Source of the DNA: Malacoraja senta
Lineage: Eukaryota
Direction: 5' to 3'
Length of the DNA: 64,000 nt
Assembly (NCBI GenBank): GCA_038087875.1
Contig: CM075988.1
Coordinates: forward strand, 2,666,001 to 2,730,000
Positions 61,500 to 64,000 of this stretch are shown here, one piece after another. The translations under genes and the position numbers were made by a program. Below the pieces are notes generated by a model. The model worked only from the letters and a program-made list of their open reading frames with translations, had not been told where the DNA came from and did no database searches. Position 1 is the stretch's first letter. The number at the start of each line of letters is the position of its first letter.

Positions 61500-61894
61500 T
61501 ATTCATAAGTTGTTCACCCTTCAACGTTGCCGATCAATGTTACAGGGCCTGCAGCAGCCATTGTGTTTGGCTGCTGATCATCAGATGCCAATAGCCTGTT
61601 GTATGTGGCCCGGGTATTCCAGGAGCTCGCACAGTGGTGTGGCCGGGGGAGACGAAGGAGTGTGGAGAGTGAAACAAGCTTCGAAACAGGAGATAGACAG
61701 AAAATGCTGCAGTAACTCAACAGGTCGGGCAGCATCTCTGGAGAAAAAGTAAAGCTGACATGTCAGGTCAGAACCCTTCTTCAAATCAGGAGAAGTCAGT
61801 GGTCTAAGAAGGAAAAGTTGGACCTTGTGGCCCAGAGAACACTCAGTTTGCTATCTTTGTTGTGGAGGATCAATTATCTAAAATAGCTGGAGCA

Positions 61895-62392
61895 AGTTCA
61901 CAAGTTATAGGAGTAGAATTAGGCCAATCGGCCCACCAAGTCCACTCCGCCATTTCATCATGGCTGATTTCTCCCTCCTAATCCCATTTTCCTGCCTTCT
62001 CCCCATAGCCCTTGGCACCCGTTCTAATCAAGAATTTGTCTATCTCTGCCTTAAAAATATCCACTGAAATGGCCTCCACAGATGATTTCCACAGATTAAC
62101 TACCCTCTGACTAAAGTTGTTCCTCCTCACCTCCTTTCTAAAAGAACGCCCATTAATTCTGAGGCTATAACCTCTGGTCATAGTTTCTCCCACCATCCTT
62201 TCCACATCTATGCCTTTCATTATTCTGTAAGTTTCAATGAGGTCCCTCCCTCAACTTTCTAAACTCCAGCGAGCAGAGGCCCAGTGCTATCAAACGCTCA
62301 TCATATGATAACCCACTCATTCCAGGAATCATTCTTGCTAACCTCCTCTGGACCCTCTCAGAGGCAGCACATCCTTCCTCAGATATCGGGCC
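61895..62392 (-). mobile_element. CR1 LINE 3' fragment
   Basis: TRGYSLRINGRSFRKEVRRNNFSQRVVNLW plus tail. Confidence 0.85.
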
Positions 62393-62627
62393 GTTATGGG
62401 AACGTTAACTAATTTTTGTTCAATGACCAGGTAATATTTCTTGAATAACAGGCATGTGATGTGATGTGATGTGATGTTGCCCATTGTGTGATATGCTGAA
62501 TGAATCAGGGACATCAAAATAAAAAGACCCGAAAAATATAATAACCAATCCAAAATAAAAGCAAAAGATGATTCCACAGCATAAATTGTCCACCTTTGTA
62601 TTGCTGATTTCATAGTCCAACTGCAAG

Positions 62628-62895
62628 ATGGCGCAGGGGTAGGGCTTCTGCCTTACAATGTAGAGACTGAGCTTCGATGTTGACCATGGGTGCTATCTGT
62701 GTGGAGTTTGCCCGTTCTCCCAATTGACCATGTGGGTTTTCTCCGGGTGCTCCAGTTTCCTCTCACACTCCAAAAATGTGCAGGTTTGCAGGTTAATTTG
62801 CTTCGGTAAAAATGTAAGTTGTCCCTAGTGTGTAGGCTGGTCAGTGCAGACTCGGTGGCCCGAAGGGCCTGCTTTCATGCTGTGTCTCCAAAGTA
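62628..62895 (+). mobile_element. V-SINE (diverged)
   Basis: TGGCGCAGGGG head, GTGGAGTTTG..TTCTCC core, GGCCCGAAGGGCCTG tail. Confidence 0.78.
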
Positions 62896-63083
62896 AATTC
62901 CAGTAAAGTCTGTTGTTCCAAGCTGCTGGTATTTTTTACCATAAAATCAATCGATCATTTGATGAACTCGTGAGTTGATTTTACCCAGCCTTGACAGTGG
63001 CAGACTTTACACTTCCCTCTCCTCCTGGGTCCCACAGAGCATCCATGATCAATGTCATCACTTCCGCATCAGAGGAAGGAGGG

Positions 63084-64000
63084 GGGAGGCTGGTTTGCGT
63101 GATGGACGGGACCACATCCACAACTCTCTGTAGTGTCCTGGGGACTTGGCAGAGTGTTACCAAACCAAGCAGCGGTGCATCCCAATAGGATGCTTTCTAT
63201 GGTGTAGAATCTAGTAAGAGTTATTGGAGATAAGCCAAACCCCTCATTCTTCTGAGGAAGTAGATGTATTAATGTGCTTGCTTTGCCATAGCTTCAATGT
63301 GAAGATGGCACCAAGACAGGCCACTCTCTGCGTCCTGGTCCCAGACGTGGATCTGCAAGCACTCAATGCAATCACCCCTCTCCTCTAAGCCTCTTCTCCA
63401 ACAACAGCATTTCTTATTTTATCTGTAGACTATGGACGGCTCAAATATATAGTCTTTCTGCTGACTGGAGAGCACGCAACAAAAAAACTTATCACTGTAC
63501 CTCATTACACGCAACACTAAATGAAACTAAATGAAACTAAACGAAACTAAATGAAACTAAACAAAATGAAACTGAACTAAACTGAACTAAACTAAACTAA
63601 ACTAATGTGGTTGGTCCAGGACAAATTGTTGGTGATATTTACACATAGGAGCTTAAGGCTCTCAACCATCTTCACTTCTGTACTTTTGAGAAGAGCAAAT
63701 GGGAAGATACAGAGTGCAGAATATAGTTCTCAGAATTGAAGCACACCAGTTCCAGAGACAAAATCCAATGACCGCAATGGGACAGAGGTGAATCGGACAG
63801 TACCTTAGCTGATAGAAGGGCCACTCAGAAGCCTGAGACCGGAGGGGAAGAGGCTCTTCCTGAGTCTGATGGTGCACACTTTCTAGCTTCTGTACCTTCT
63901 GCCTGATGGAAGTGGGGAGAAGAAGAAATAACAAGTCTTTATTGTGTTAGCAGCTTTCCTGAGGCAGCGTGTTGTGCAGATGGAATCAGTAGTGGGGAGT
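63084..64000 (-). mobile_element. Fragmented Rex1/Babar LINE pieces with an inserted plus-strand Rex-type tail and (CTAAA)n microsatellite at 63517-63604
   Basis: TLQRVVDVVPSITQTSLP at about 63084-63135; second Rex-like segment at 63830-64000. Confidence 0.65.

Overview
Repeat-dense vertebrate genomic DNA with no confidently identifiable host gene. The V-SINE/HE1-type SINEs, CR1 LINEs and Penelope-derived repeats point to a cartilaginous fish, probably a skate or ray (inference). Almost all long ORFs belong to transposable elements. Main items: (1) a full-length Passport-like Tc1 DD34E transposon (5035-6651) with an intact 339-aa transposase, 213-bp IR/DR TIRs and a TA duplication; (2) a Penelope-like element (about 18191-21209) with an unbroken RT plus GIY-YIG ORF and a minimal hammerhead ribozyme motif in its tail, plus many short, often palindromic derivatives of that tail; (3) two partial copies of one DIRS-type tyrosine-recombinase retrotransposon family that together show the left ITR, right ITR, ICR/circle junction, a YR gene with one stop, and a candidate 5'UTR intron; (4) a family of CpG-rich non-autonomous elements sharing a conserved RNA hairpin and Rex1/Babar-type tails; (5) a non-autonomous hAT with an 8-bp TSD; (6) a decayed gag-like/LTR-like element hosting nested insertions. 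There are also many CR1, Rex1/Babar, L2, Tx1 and RTE fragments and mini/microsatellites. Family names come from motif recognition, not database searches. Boundaries of decayed repeats are approximate.
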